Translations under genes and position numbers: made by a program
Shown here: positions 7,934 to 16,824 of the stretch, in pieces
Numbering within the stretch: position 1 is the stretch's first letter
Layout: the number at the start of each line of letters is the position of its first letter
From: a virus
Length of the DNA stretch: 64,000 nucleotides
IMG/VR virus record: IMGVR_UViG_3300046517_000355
Coordinates: 7,672-71,671 of that record
Strand: one strand, 5' to 3'
The notes under the pieces: model-generated
Told to the model about the DNA's origin: nothing
The model's input: only the letters and a program-made list of their open reading frames with translations
Database searches by the model: none

Positions 7934-9715
7934 TCATTCTCCTCCAAACCATCCGTTTTTAGTTGAACCGAGCAAGAGCAAGCTCTGATCATCATTTTGA
8001 TCGAGATCATTGAGATCAGCAAGAAAGGCGCCATAGCATGACATCGACTGCGCGACAGCCGCGTCGATTCGCTTCGAGTCAACCGTAGTGCCTTTGACGA
8101 TGCGCAATTTCTCGCCTTCGCTGTATTTCGCTTTACACGCCGCGAGGTGCTCGTAGAAGTCCTCTCTGCCTTTCGGGATCCAGATCAGCCCGTCTTTGTA
8201 GAGGTGATAAAGCATCGTATCTGCTCTCGTGCGCATCTCGCCTTGGTTGAATTCGATCACGTCGATGCCATAATCCATGAGGTTGAGCCTGATCTGATGA
8301 AGCTGGTACGGATCGAAATAGACAGGCGTGATGTACTTCTCCTGTTTTGCGTCGAAGTAGGAGCGCAAGAGGTTCGCATCATAAAGCTCTTTGACTTTCG
8401 TCTCGACAAGCTCATGAAGATCGGCGTCCTGTCCGTGCGGATCGTGTATCTCGATGTACGGCGTGCAATAAGACTCGCCTTGTTTATCAGAGCCTACGAG
8501 AGCGATGCTGTCGTGTCGCATCGCCGCGTCCACAGCAAGCGTGAAAGGACGTGCATCTTTCTCGTAGGCTTTGATCCAGTTCGACTCGACTTTCGCCGCA
8601 TCGATCCACGCAGGCTCAAGCATCTCGCTCGAAGACGCTTGCCAGCGGTTCTGCATGAGTCTGATCGCTTCTGTCCTAGGCAGGTTACGTGACTCGCGCT
8701 TGTAGGCTTCATCAGTCTGCCATGGAAGTCGTCGATCATGATCCCAGAAGATGAACATCTCCTCCTCAGGTATCTCGACACATGCAGGCCGCTGATCTGT
8801 GATGATGTCGTCAAGCTCTGCGACGTAATAAGCGGCGCTCGTGTTCGGCTCGCTTCCGTCTTGCAGTTCCTTTTCGTCAACACTTGTCCACGCCTTCAGG
8901 AACAGGCGGAGAAGGGTTTTCGACTCGTCAGTGTAGCCAGCGTAAGTCTCGATCCAGCGCATCGACACGCGACGTGTCTCGACAGGCATCAACTCAGCAA
9001 AGAGTCTTTCATCAGTCTCGCTCTTGAAAGCCCATATTTCTGTCCACAGCGTGAGGCAATACGAGTCACCTGCCTCGGTGCTCGGATTGTTCGGCAGTGC
9101 TTTGACTTGCGTGCCGTTCGGCAGGAATATCTCAGGCTTTGAATTGACTGCCGTCTTCACGTCGCCTCCGAGAGCTTTCAGCATAGGCTTCATTGATCGA
9201 TAGACACGATCTTGCGCCTGATCTTTCTTGTTGGCTATCGCGAGCACGACATTAGGAGGATCGACAAGCGCGGCGAAGTAAGCTCCGACACATGCGGCGA
9301 TCTGCGTCTTGCCGCACTTCTTCGGCTGTGACCAGATGATCGTCGTGTACTTCGAGAGACGCCCATTGTAGCCTCCGGGTGGAAAGATGTGGCGCAGTAT
9401 GCGCTTCTGAAATTCTTCGAGGACGATCTTCTTCGGCGGCTTTCGAGGATCGTCGAGCTTGAGCGTGACTTCGTTCACCGAGGTATAGTCGTAGCAGTTC
9501 TCCTCGATCCATTCGTCGATCGGTTGCAAGAGATCGAAGCGCACGTCGCCGTCAGGCACGATCTGCTCGACGTGAGACGTGTTGCGAGCGCGATCATGTG
9601 CATCGAGCTTCGCGCGAAGCTCTGAGGCTTCTTGATCGTAAAGACGAATAACCTCTCGCGTGGAGAGGTTCGTTGGGAAGAAGAAACGATTAACCTTGAG
9701 GTCAGGCAGTGTCAT
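7934..9715 (-). CDS. terL: Terminase large subunit
   Basis: Walker A QPKKCGKT; nuclease motifs AVDAAMRHD, YFDPYQ, RIDAAVA; start at the ATGA overlap. Confidence 0.9.
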   Translation of the reverse strand: MTLPDLKVNRFFFPTNLSTREVIRLYDQEASELRAKLDAHDRARNTSHVEQIVPDGDVRFDLLQPIDEWIEENCYDYTSVNEVTLKLDDPRKPPKKIVLEEFQKRILRHIFPPGGYNGRLSKYTTIIWSQPKKCGKTQIAACVGAYFAALVDPPNVVLAIANKKDQAQDRVYRSMKPMLKALGGDVKTAVNSKPEIFLPNGTQVKALPNNPSTEAGDSYCLTLWTEIWAFKSETDERLFAELMPVETRRVSMRWIETYAGYTDESKTLLRLFLKAWTSVDEKELQDGSEPNTSAAYYVAELDDIITDQRPACVEIPEEEMFIFWDHDRRLPWQTDEAYKRESRNLPRTEAIRLMQNRWQASSSEMLEPAWIDAAKVESNWIKAYEKDARPFTLAVDAAMRHDSIALVGSDKQGESYCTPYIEIHDPHGQDADLHELVETKVKELYDANLLRSYFDAKQEKYITPVYFDPYQLHQIRLNLMDYGIDVIEFNQGEMRTRADTMLYHLYKDGLIWIPKGREDFYEHLAACKAKYSEGEKLRIVKGTTVDSKRIDAAVAQSMSCYGAFLADLNDLDQNDDQSLLLLGSTKNGWFGGE

Positions 9716-9960
9716 TTGCCACGATCTGTCTCGACTGCTGTGAGCACTTCTGGCGTACACGGCACATACGTCATCGTCGTGTTCCAATGTCCGTTGACGT
9801 ATAGCGTGACGAATGCAAAGCACTGGCTCGTCCTAGGATCTTGGTAATAGATCGTGTTCTGCTCCATCCGTGCAGTCGTGACACACGCCATGAAGATCAG
9901 CGGCGCGAGAAGCGCGAGCGTTATGTAGAGACCGAGCCAGATGGTTTTTGTCGCTTTCAT
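9712..9960 (-). CDS. Small membrane/lipoprotein-like protein
   Basis: Hydrophobic N-terminus ending FMAC; DPRTSQCFA. Confidence 0.6.
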   Translation of the reverse strand: MKATKTIWLGLYITLALLAPLIFMACVTTARMEQNTIYYQDPRTSQCFAFVTLYVNGHWNTTMTYVPCTPEVLTAVETDRGK

Positions 9961-9968
9961 AGTTCTCC

Positions 9969-10643
9969 TTACATCGCATCATGCTCTGGCAGATCAGACG
10001 CACGAGGTGCCGGCGTCTCTGGCGATGTTGTGACGAGCGGCTTCGAGAGATCGAAGTCTGGACGTTTGCGATCTGTCTCCATTTGCTTGAATGCGAGATC
10101 GACTCTTTGCTTTGCTTCAAGGAGCTTCGTGCTGAAGCCAACAAGTGTCTCGAAGACACGAGCCATCTTCTCAGGATCCTGCTTATCGACATACTCTTTG
10201 CGGCTGATGTGGATGGCGATCTGTTCGGCGCTTGTGAGGCAGGTGTTTGTGGCGTTGGCGATGCGTTGGTTGACGGAACCGAGTTCGGCCAGCTCGATCT
10301 TCTGCAATTGCTCTGGCGTCGCTTTCGAGCGCCATGTGCTTACAGTGCTCTTGGCGAGACCGAGCAGGTCTGCGACTTCAGTGATCGACATGCCGCCATA
10401 GATCATGAGAGCAAAGGCTTGATTTTTCAGGTAGTTTCGCATTGACGGCGAGAGGTACGACTTCTTGCCGAGCACGGCGAATTCTACTTGGTTGACTTCA
10501 TCGAAGTCGCCATCTTCGTTGATCTGGGACATGATCTTCGTAAATGGCGGTATGATCGCTTGACGTGAGAGCGAGGCTCCGATGCGTCCTTTCTCGGATT
10601 CTGATCCGTGATCTGCGTCTGAGTTCCCGTTTGTCTTTGCCAT
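9969..10643 (-). CDS. Terminase small subunit (HTH)
   Basis: HTH MSITEVADLLGLAKSTVSTW; upstream of terL. Confidence 0.7.
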   Translation of the reverse strand: MAKTNGNSDADHGSESEKGRIGASLSRQAIIPPFTKIMSQINEDGDFDEVNQVEFAVLGKKSYLSPSMRNYLKNQAFALMIYGGMSITEVADLLGLAKSTVSTWRSKATPEQLQKIELAELGSVNQRIANATNTCLTSAEQIAIHISRKEYVDKQDPEKMARVFETLVGFSTKLLEAKQRVDLAFKQMETDRKRPDFDLSKPLVTTSPETPAPRASDLPEHDAM

Positions 10644-10896
10644 AATTTTTGAGATCGGCGCGCTGATTTAACGCGAATTGTTTTTCTCGTATTCTGCAAT
10701 TGAGGTGAGTGTGCTGTCAAGAAAAGCATTTACAGCCGAGGTAGAGAAGAAGACGGCTCACAAGATCAGTGCTCTGCCACGAACAACTTGATCGAGTTCA
10801 CCTGAGCCGTCCTTTCGTTTGGTAGGTGTGCTCTTGATCTCTCTTAAGCGGTTGAGCCCCGCGATCTTGAGCGAGGTCAGTATAACAGACGCAGAA

Positions 10897-11006
10897 AATG
10901 GCGTCGAGTGATTACCAGTCGTCTCGGCGCCATTCGCTGTTTTTTTCAATAAGGAGGTTTAACAATGTCCCCATCAACGTCCAAGCACAACCAAAGACGC
11001 ATCTGA
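10897..11006 (+). other. Hairpin/U-tract followed by SD-led 13-aa micro-ORF (MSPSTSKHNQRRI, 10965-11006)
   Basis: 12-bp stem 10897-10908/10923-10934, T7 run, AAGGAGG, 7 nt, ATG. Confidence 0.4.
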
Positions 11007-11035
11007 ATTCAAAATCAACCGCTTTGATCTTAGCG

Positions 11036-11401
11036 CTACGGAGCGACTCGTGTCAACACACTTTTATTTTCAACGAAGTCGATCTCGAATCCGTCTCCGT
11101 TATCGAATGCAGTATTGAAGACAAACGCTGGCGGATCGAAGGTGTGAATGCGAGCTTTCGCGCTGATGACGTAATACTTGCAACACGGCACGAGCACAGA
11201 GTAGTAGCCGAAGCTCGAAGTCACGGCGAATGCGACTGGCAGTGCGAAGTCTGGATCATAGACAGTTATGATCGCACGAGAGATCGGCAGTCTGAGCCCT
11301 GTCGCTGTGAGTGTGTAGGCACGGCCTGAAACTACTGACTGAGCAGGCATGGTGATCGCGAGGATCGCGAGTAGTGAGATCAAGATGATCAGTTTCTTCA
11401 T
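11036..11401 (-). CDS. Secreted carboxypeptidase-regulatory-like (beta-sandwich) domain protein
   Basis: Signal peptide MKKLIILISLLAILAITMPA-Q; VSGR...TSSFGYY...IDFV pattern. Confidence 0.75.
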   Translation of the reverse strand: MKKLIILISLLAILAITMPAQSVVSGRAYTLTATGLRLPISRAIITVYDPDFALPVAFAVTSSFGYYSVLVPCCKYYVISAKARIHTFDPPAFVFNTAFDNGDGFEIDFVENKSVLTRVAP

Positions 11402-11537
11402 GTGTGGTTCCCTCCCTGGTTTGATCGCTCTGTGGGCGATTCGGCGAGAGCATAGCAAATTATTTTGCAAAAAGACACAAAAATGCGGAAAAAGTGTCGA
11501 AAAGGGCTGTTTTTCGATGTTTAGCCTAGGATAATGC

Positions 11538-11593
11538 TTGACACGTATTGCAAAGAGCGTAAAATAGAGCTTGTCAGCACGACTGACTAAGGA
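11538..11593 (+). promoter_or_regulatory. Early-type promoter plus pentaloop hairpin (copy 3)
   Basis: TTGACA-cgtat-TGCAA, 16-bp spacer, TAAAAT; GTCAG-CACGA-CTGAC-TAAGGA. Confidence 0.85.
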
Positions 11594-11601
11594 CGAAGAC
11601 A

Positions 11602-11838
11602 ATGGAAACAATCATCAAAACACACGCAAGATACAAGATAAACGAGATCAACTCGACATGCTTCACGCTTCATTACACGCTGATCAAGAATGGCAAGGCG
11701 TGGGGAACGTTCTACTACATTCGCAAGGGCGCCGACGCGATTGTCCGAAGTGAGTATGCAATTCATGAAGGGTGGTCGTCACGCGAGATCGTCGATGCGA
11801 AGATCGCAGAGAACGAAGCGAGACTCGCGAGCAAATAG
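11602..11838 (+). CDS. Hypothetical protein
   Basis: Monocistronic between promoter and terminator hairpin. Confidence 0.7.
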   Translation: METIIKTHARYKINEINSTCFTLHYTLIKNGKAWGTFYYIRKGADAIVRSEYAIHEGWSSREIVDAKIAENEARLASK

Positions 11839-11839
11839 C

Positions 11840-11866
11840 GAGAGGGCGAAAGCCTTCTCTTGTGTT
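11840..11866 (+). terminator. Putative terminator
   Basis: GAGAGGGC-GAAA-GCCTTCTC then TTGTGTT. Confidence 0.6.
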
Positions 11867-11921
11867 GACACGTTTTGCAAAGCGTGTATAATCATGACAG
11901 CACTCACGAAGTGCCAAGGAG
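11865..11921 (+). promoter_or_regulatory. Early-type promoter plus pentaloop hairpin (copy 4)
   Basis: TTGACA-cgttt-TGCAA, 16-bp spacer, TATAAT; GCACT-CACGA-AGTGC-CAAGGAG. Confidence 0.85.
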
Positions 11922-11928
11922 AAAAACA

Positions 11929-12402
11929 ATGACAACGAAAATAGAAGCAAGACGATCAGCAAACCGCGGCGACCTTTTCATCAAGCCTGGCAAAGACAAG
12001 CTTGTCCGCCAATACAATAGCGACGTGATCGACTACAACACAGGCTCATACTACTTCCCGACTGAGATCGAACTGGTCACGATCTTGAGGTCCGGCGATC
12101 TGACTCAGAAAGAACGAGACGAACTGAAAGTCATGTATGGCGACTTTGAACTGACGATGCACGAAGGCACGATGGGAGCACATCCTTCTGATCTCTCCTA
12201 TGCGACTGTCGATGATCTGATCAACGCCCTTCGAGCGTTCTCACCTGACGGCACGAAGCCTGTTGAGATCAGCCTCGGGCAGTACAACAAAAAGTATCCT
12301 GTCGCATACATGAAGATCGATTCCCTTCAGTCGAACGGGCAAGACATCCGCATCGTCTGCTCGCTTCCGAACGACATGAGAACATCGACACGCAAAAGCT
12401 AA
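11929..12402 (+). CDS. Hypothetical protein
   Basis: Start reassigned to the ATG after SD AAGGAG (MTTKIE). Confidence 0.75.
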   Translation: MTTKIEARRSANRGDLFIKPGKDKLVRQYNSDVIDYNTGSYYFPTEIELVTILRSGDLTQKERDELKVMYGDFELTMHEGTMGAHPSDLSYATVDDLINALRAFSPDGTKPVEISLGQYNKKYPVAYMKIDSLQSNGQDIRIVCSLPNDMRTSTRKS

Positions 12403-12429
12403 TCAGCAATGTCTCCCACGACATTTACA

Positions 12430-12451
12430 ATCGCCACGAGCGATCAAGGAG
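12430..12451 (+). promoter_or_regulatory. Intercistronic pentaloop hairpin abutting SD (copy 5)
   Basis: ATCGC-CACGA-GCGAT-CAAGGAG. Confidence 0.75.
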
Positions 12452-12457
12452 AAGAAA

Positions 12458-13297
12458 ATGAAAACGATCAAAGTCGAAAACAAAAAGTATAAATCGAACG
12501 AAGTCATGAGCACGATCACTTTTGCAGTCGCGAAGCGCGAGTCTGACAATGCGTCGAATGTGTTCATCAAGAGCATCGAATCAACCGGGCGTTATGCTGG
12601 CCTCCAGCGTATGTTCGAACAGCCTGACGTGCTCGTGAAGCGTGTCGGGCAGATCGAGCGGCTAGGCGACGGCACCTTCGAGGCGAAGCTCGCAAGTCGA
12701 TACAGCCCGAACGGGCCTCTGAGCTTCGTCAAAGAGACGCAGAAAGACGCTCTGATGGGGCTCGTGGCGTCGCTTGAATACTTCCAGAGTTATGCTGAGA
12801 AGCTTGTCGATCTCACGCTTCCTTATCTACAGTCGAAGCGCTTCGAGCACATGTGGACTGATCTTCGTCGCCAGTTTGATCGCGTCGGCGAACGGTACCA
12901 GAAGATGTTCGCCGAGATGACGACAGGGATGGATGCCGCGAATCCTGGAACAATCATTCATCAGCTTGAGTGGAGAGCAGACGAAATGCTTCATCTCGCT
13001 CACCTGCAAGGCTACGCACTGCGCATCATCAAGCAACTCGAACGGCTGACGGTCGCAGACGGCGAGACTGTGATCGTCAAGACGGCTGATGCACGACATG
13101 CGATGACGATCTTCAGAGACAAGCTTGTCGAGATTCGCGAGGAGCTTACTGAGTCTCTCCTGCGTCGCAAGTCGTGGGGACAGACATCGAGTGGCACTGG
13201 TCAGCGTATGAGCGCCTGTGCTGATGCGGATGCACAAGCTGACATGATCGATCTGCTCAAAGACGCGGTCCGATTGATCGATTCTGATCTCAAATAA
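12458..13297 (+). CDS. Hypothetical protein, helical C-terminus
   Basis: 279 aa, SD AAGGAG. Confidence 0.8.
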   Translation: MKTIKVENKKYKSNEVMSTITFAVAKRESDNASNVFIKSIESTGRYAGLQRMFEQPDVLVKRVGQIERLGDGTFEAKLASRYSPNGPLSFVKETQKDALMGLVASLEYFQSYAEKLVDLTLPYLQSKRFEHMWTDLRRQFDRVGERYQKMFAEMTTGMDAANPGTIIHQLEWRADEMLHLAHLQGYALRIIKQLERLTVADGETVIVKTADARHAMTIFRDKLVEIREELTESLLRRKSWGQTSSGTGQRMSACADADAQADMIDLLKDAVRLIDSDLK

Positions 13298-13301
13298 AGC
13301 G

Positions 13302-13697
13302 ATGCGATACACAATGACCAACCCGTGCAACCTTTGCCCTTTCAGAAACGACGACAAGCGTCTGACAGTGCATCCAGATCGTCTCCGCGAGTTCGCTCGC
13401 GGAGCTTTTGTTTGTCATCAGACTGCGGAGCTTTTCGAGAGTGACGACTATGAGGAGGAAAGCGGCTTTGTCGATGCAGGAGAATCGAGTCAACACTGTG
13501 CAGGCTCGTTGATCTTCCACGAGCATCTTGAGTGGCCGCATCAGATGATGCGAATCGCAGAGCGCCTAGGCATGTACGACAGGACGAAGCTCAACATGGA
13601 TGCACCTGTCTTCAAGTGCTGGGAGGAGGTCTACATAGCAGACGACATGGCAGATCAAGTCGAGTCTCAGGGGTTCATGAAGAAGATCACCGACTGA
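13302..13697 (+). CDS. Cys/His Zn-binding hypothetical protein
   Basis: PCNLCPFR...FVCH...HCAG motif. Confidence 0.75.
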   Translation: MRYTMTNPCNLCPFRNDDKRLTVHPDRLREFARGAFVCHQTAELFESDDYEEESGFVDAGESSQHCAGSLIFHEHLEWPHQMMRIAERLGMYDRTKLNMDAPVFKCWEEVYIADDMADQVESQGFMKKITD

Positions 13698-14070
13698 AGC
13701 TTGATCGAGAGCCTGACTTGCTGAGCGCCTCGCTGGAAAGCGGGGCGTTTGGCGCTTCTATCTCGACAAGAAAGCTTCGACCGTCGCCTCCGAGCGCGAG
13801 TGCGCAGTCGTCGCAGAAGTTCTCTCTCAGAAACGGCTTTTGGAAAGCGGTGCGCAGGTGCTCTGGAAGCTCTGAGATCGCTGTGTGTGTCGCGAGCGCA
13901 CTGCACTTGTCGCCGTCACGGAAAAGCCCTCCATCGCACTCCAGCTTCACGAGCGACGTGTTTATCCGCCCTGGCATCAGGCGAAACTCGATCACATTCT
14001 CTGGGATCGTGCTGGTCTCGATGTCTTTGCTCGCATTAAGCAGGTCCTTCAGTCGTTTCATCCACTTCAT
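13687..14070 (-). CDS. Hypothetical protein (Cys-containing)
   Basis: SD GAGGAG; CD...C...CDDC. Confidence 0.6.
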   Translation of the reverse strand: MKWMKRLKDLLNASKDIETSTIPENVIEFRLMPGRINTSLVKLECDGGLFRDGDKCSALATHTAISELPEHLRTAFQKPFLRENFCDDCALALGGDGRSFLVEIEAPNAPLSSEALSKSGSRSSFSR

Positions 14071-14680
14071 ATTCTCTCCTCATTTTGCGGTATATGTTGC
14101 TCGCAAGCTGATCGTTTCTCGCATTATCGACATATTTCGCGATGAAGTCATCGTCACCACTCTCGAAAGCCCTTCTCAGGGCGGCCGTCGCGTCGCAACC
14201 ACGCAAGCAACTGACAGCGATCTCCGCTTGCTTCTGATCGACGATCCTCATGATCGAGACGACTGCGAGCGCACTGTCTTTGATCAGGTCCTCGATGATC
14301 GTGTCGCCGTCGATCTTGATCTGGTTCTCAGCACACGCGAGACGAAAGGCACTGATCAGCTTGTCGCGCGTCTCGGCTTCTTCATCATTGAGGTCCTCTT
14401 TGTTGTTAAAGATCACCTGCGAGACGTGCGCGACGACATCGCACTCGATGGTTCCATTGATGTCGCTCAGATCCTTCGTCGTCATCTCTTTGACTCGGAT
14501 GCCCAATGTCGCCTGTGCGCCTGTGCTCAAGTCTTCGAGGTGCACAGTGAGCGGCTCCTGCGACACGAAGCTGGCTCTTATCAAGAGAAGCTGGTCGCGC
14601 CCGCTTGTCGTGAACATGATCGAGTCTTCGTCTCTCGTGCAGGTGCTCGCGAGATCGACATTTCCAGTGAACACTCTCAA
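14036..14680 (-). CDS. Hypothetical protein
   Basis: Probable TTG start overlapping upstream TGA, SD GGAGG. Confidence 0.65.
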   Translation of the reverse strand: MRVFTGNVDLASTCTRDEDSIMFTTSGRDQLLLIRASFVSQEPLTVHLEDLSTGAQATLGIRVKEMTTKDLSDINGTIECDVVAHVSQVIFNNKEDLNDEEAETRDKLISAFRLACAENQIKIDGDTIIEDLIKDSALAVVSIMRIVDQKQAEIAVSCLRGCDATAALRRAFESGDDDFIAKYVDNARNDQLASNIYRKMRREYEVDETTEGPA

Positions 14681-14955
14681 TATAGGAACCTCCCAATGAT
14701 AACGATGAAGCGTGTCGTCATGATGCCTCCGATCTGTGATACCGAATCGCTCCTGAGGTAAACAGCACAACGGGTTTGGTTGCCGTTTTCATAGAGGGCG
14801 CCAAACAACTCTTGTCCATGGAAGCTCGCCTTCGCCAGTGCTTCAGTGAGCGTCCTGTCCTTTACCTCGATGCCATAGCCGTGCGGCAAAAGCACGGCAT
14901 CCTTCTCTATGATCCCAACGTCTGGAATCTCGATGACAATCGTCGCCTCATTCAT
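14677..14955 (-). CDS. Hypothetical protein
   Basis: ATGA overlap, SD AGGAG. Confidence 0.65.
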   Translation of the reverse strand: MNEATIVIEIPDVGIIEKDAVLLPHGYGIEVKDRTLTEALAKASFHGQELFGALYENGNQTRCAVYLRSDSVSQIGGIMTTRFIVIIGRFLY

Positions 14956-15275
14956 AGTGCTCCTACAGGCAGAAAGCCTTTCATGATCAGAGTCTCCTTT
15001 GCGATCTGAAGCTCGCGAGCACAGACCTCGCAGAATGCAGAGCGCTCCTTGTCCATGATCTCCATCAGCCGCTTGACATTCTGAGTGTCGACCTCTGCCC
15101 ATGAGCGCTGAGCGCAGAAGCTTAAGAAGCCGTCAGTCTCAGTCAGTTCGAGCAAAGCGACGTGCCAGCGGTGGTGATCTTTCTTGAATTTGTAAAAGAG
15201 GATCTTCTTGCAGAAGAATTTTTCATTCTCTGGCGTGATCAGGTCGAAGTCCTCAAGGCGTTTTTCGTTTCCCAT
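14952..15275 (-). CDS. Hypothetical protein
   Basis: MGNEKRLEDF; CEVC near the C-terminus. Confidence 0.6.
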   Translation of the reverse strand: MGNEKRLEDFDLITPENEKFFCKKILFYKFKKDHHRWHVALLELTETDGFLSFCAQRSWAEVDTQNVKRLMEIMDKERSAFCEVCARELQIAKETLIMKGFLPVGAL

Positions 15276-15537
15276 ATACGAAATAATAAAACTTTTTGCC
15301 CGCATACTGCGCGAACAATGACGCGAGAGTCTCCTCGAAGGTCCACGATCTCTCTCGTGTATAGACGACAAGCTCCTGCAGGAGCTTCACCTTCGATGGA
15401 AATACCTTTGTGCTGAGAAAGATCGTGAGTGCTTCTTCGAAGTGCGTGTGGATGTGATCGACCTCGAATTCATAGACGGCGTGCTCTTTGATCGCCCAGG
15501 CAGGAACGTCGATCTGTGGTCGTGCATTGAGTTTCAT
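15253..15537 (-). CDS. Hypothetical protein
   Basis: MKLNARPQ; preceded by two hairpins. Confidence 0.6.
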   Translation of the reverse strand: MKLNARPQIDVPAWAIKEHAVYEFEVDHIHTHFEEALTIFLSTKVFPSKVKLLQELVVYTRERSWTFEETLASLFAQYAGKKFYYFVYGKRKTP

Positions 15538-15627
15538 GAGAATGCCGGCAACCTCTCCCACAAAGGCTGCCGGCTATTCGAGACAGACCGTTTCAAAAAC
15601 GTCTACCACGTCCGCCTGTCTCGAAAC

Positions 15628-16002
15628 TTATTCAACGTCGAGCTTATCGATCTCGCTCACGTTAGTCTTTTTTTTAGTGATCTTGATGCCCCACTTCTCA
15701 TTGAGGACGACCGTGTCGCCGTCGTCGAGATCGTATGTCGGAACATTCGTGCGGCGCATCTCCTCGATCAGATCGTCACGAGCGACGACATACTCATTCC
15801 GAAGCTGAAGCATGCCGTCGCGCTTCTGCTTGCAGAGATCGCCGAGCTTCTTCAGGCGCTTCGAGACGACCGGCTTCACGCCTGGTAGAAACGTATCTCC
15901 TTTCGAGTTCGCATCGACCTCAACCATTTCGTCGTCAGGATCAGGTATCAGGTTATCGTCGGCTATTTCTTCAGCTGGGGCCGACTTCTTCTTTCGTGGC
16001 AT
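15628..16002 (-). CDS. Hypothetical protein
   Basis: SD AAGGAGAACCAACAC-ATG (MPRKKK). Confidence 0.7.
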   Translation of the reverse strand: MPRKKKSAPAEEIADDNLIPDPDDEMVEVDANSKGDTFLPGVKPVVSKRLKKLGDLCKQKRDGMLQLRNEYVVARDDLIEEMRRTNVPTYDLDDGDTVVLNEKWGIKITKKKTNVSEIDKLDVE

Positions 16003-16021
16003 GTGTTGGTTCTCCTTTGTT

Positions 16022-16273
16022 TTAATTTTCGAGATGCAGGATCTCTGTGATCGTCGGTCGCGGTTCGCCATACTTGACCGTCTCGACGTGTTCTCTCGTA
16101 CAAATTGGTGGAGCAAGAAGTCGCTGTCGCTCATGATGCAGAGCAGTGACTTGCGACTGAAGTCGCGCGATCTTTTCGTCACGATCTGCGACTTGTGTGT
16201 CATAGAGCGACTTGATGACGAAATAACTGACGATGATCGACATCGTGCAGGCGATGATCACGAGCATGTTCAT
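16022..16273 (-). CDS. Small membrane protein with coiled coil
   Basis: N-terminal TM helix; ATGA overlap. Confidence 0.65.
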   Translation of the reverse strand: MNMLVIIACTMSIIVSYFVIKSLYDTQVADRDEKIARLQSQVTALHHERQRLLAPPICTREHVETVKYGEPRPTITEILHLEN

Positions 16274-16650
16274 CCTGTTATCGGTTCATTCTTTCTGCGC
16301 TTCGCTTCTTCGATGTGCGGATAATTCTCTTTGAAGTGCGCCTTCAGTTTTTCGAGACGGTAGAAGATCGCACCTTCTCTGATCTCGTAATGAACCTTCT
16401 CCTTGAGTTCGTTTTGCTCGCGCATCGCATAAAGCATCGTGCGTGATGCGCACCAGTCTTCCTTCGTCGCATCCTTCTCTTGAATGAATGCGTCTTTGTC
16501 CTTCACCTTCGAAGGCTTCGTCGCAAGCTCTGTGATGAAATTCTCGACGCGACGCACGAGTGTCGCACCTCCTCGCAGAGCATTCGAGCTTGCCCGATCG
16601 GCGATGTCTTTCTCGACGATGATCCTTAGATTTTTTGTCCCTGTGTTCAT
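16270..16650 (-). CDS. Putative transcriptional regulator (RHH-like N-terminus plus Xis/MerR-like HTH)
   Basis: KNLRIIVE strand followed by two helices; SRTMLYAMRE...HY...IFYRL; first gene of the divergent operon. Confidence 0.55.
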   Translation of the reverse strand: MNTGTKNLRIIVEKDIADRASSNALRGGATLVRRVENFITELATKPSKVKDKDAFIQEKDATKEDWCASRTMLYAMREQNELKEKVHYEIREGAIFYRLEKLKAHFKENYPHIEEAKRRKNEPITG

Positions 16651-16663
16651 AACACTGAGCACG

Positions 16664-16692
16664 ATTGTAAGAAGACGTTAACTGCAAGTCAA
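16664..16692 (-). promoter_or_regulatory. Leftward sigma70 promoter
   Basis: TTGACT-N17-TACAAT; very short leader, no SD. Confidence 0.75.
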
Positions 16693-16759
16693 GTAATTTT
16701 ACTAATATCTTCACAGCCTAGGATTAGACGAATTATGTTCCACGGCTCAAACATAGAAC

Positions 16760-16817
16760 TTGACATCATTTGCAATGTGTGTATAATCGAAGACAGCACT
16801 CACGAAGTGCCAAGGAG
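16760..16817 (+). promoter_or_regulatory. Early-type promoter plus pentaloop hairpin (copy 6)
   Basis: TTGACA-tcatt-TGCAA, 16-bp spacer, TATAAT; GCACT-CACGA-AGTGC-CAAGGAG, identical to the 11900 copy. Confidence 0.85.
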
Positions 16818-16824
16818 AATGAGA

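Noticed and set aside
10750-10815. Possible tRNA
   Set aside because: No recognisable T-loop (GTTCRA) cloverleaf or CCA end, and too short
13532-14761. 409-aa + strand ORF, and similar long ORFs at 1104-2009, 4529-5824, 33462-34310, 40654-41805 and 63010-63750
   Set aside because: Antisense shadows of well-supported genes; no SD, R/L/D/V-biased composition, produced by the genome's codon bias
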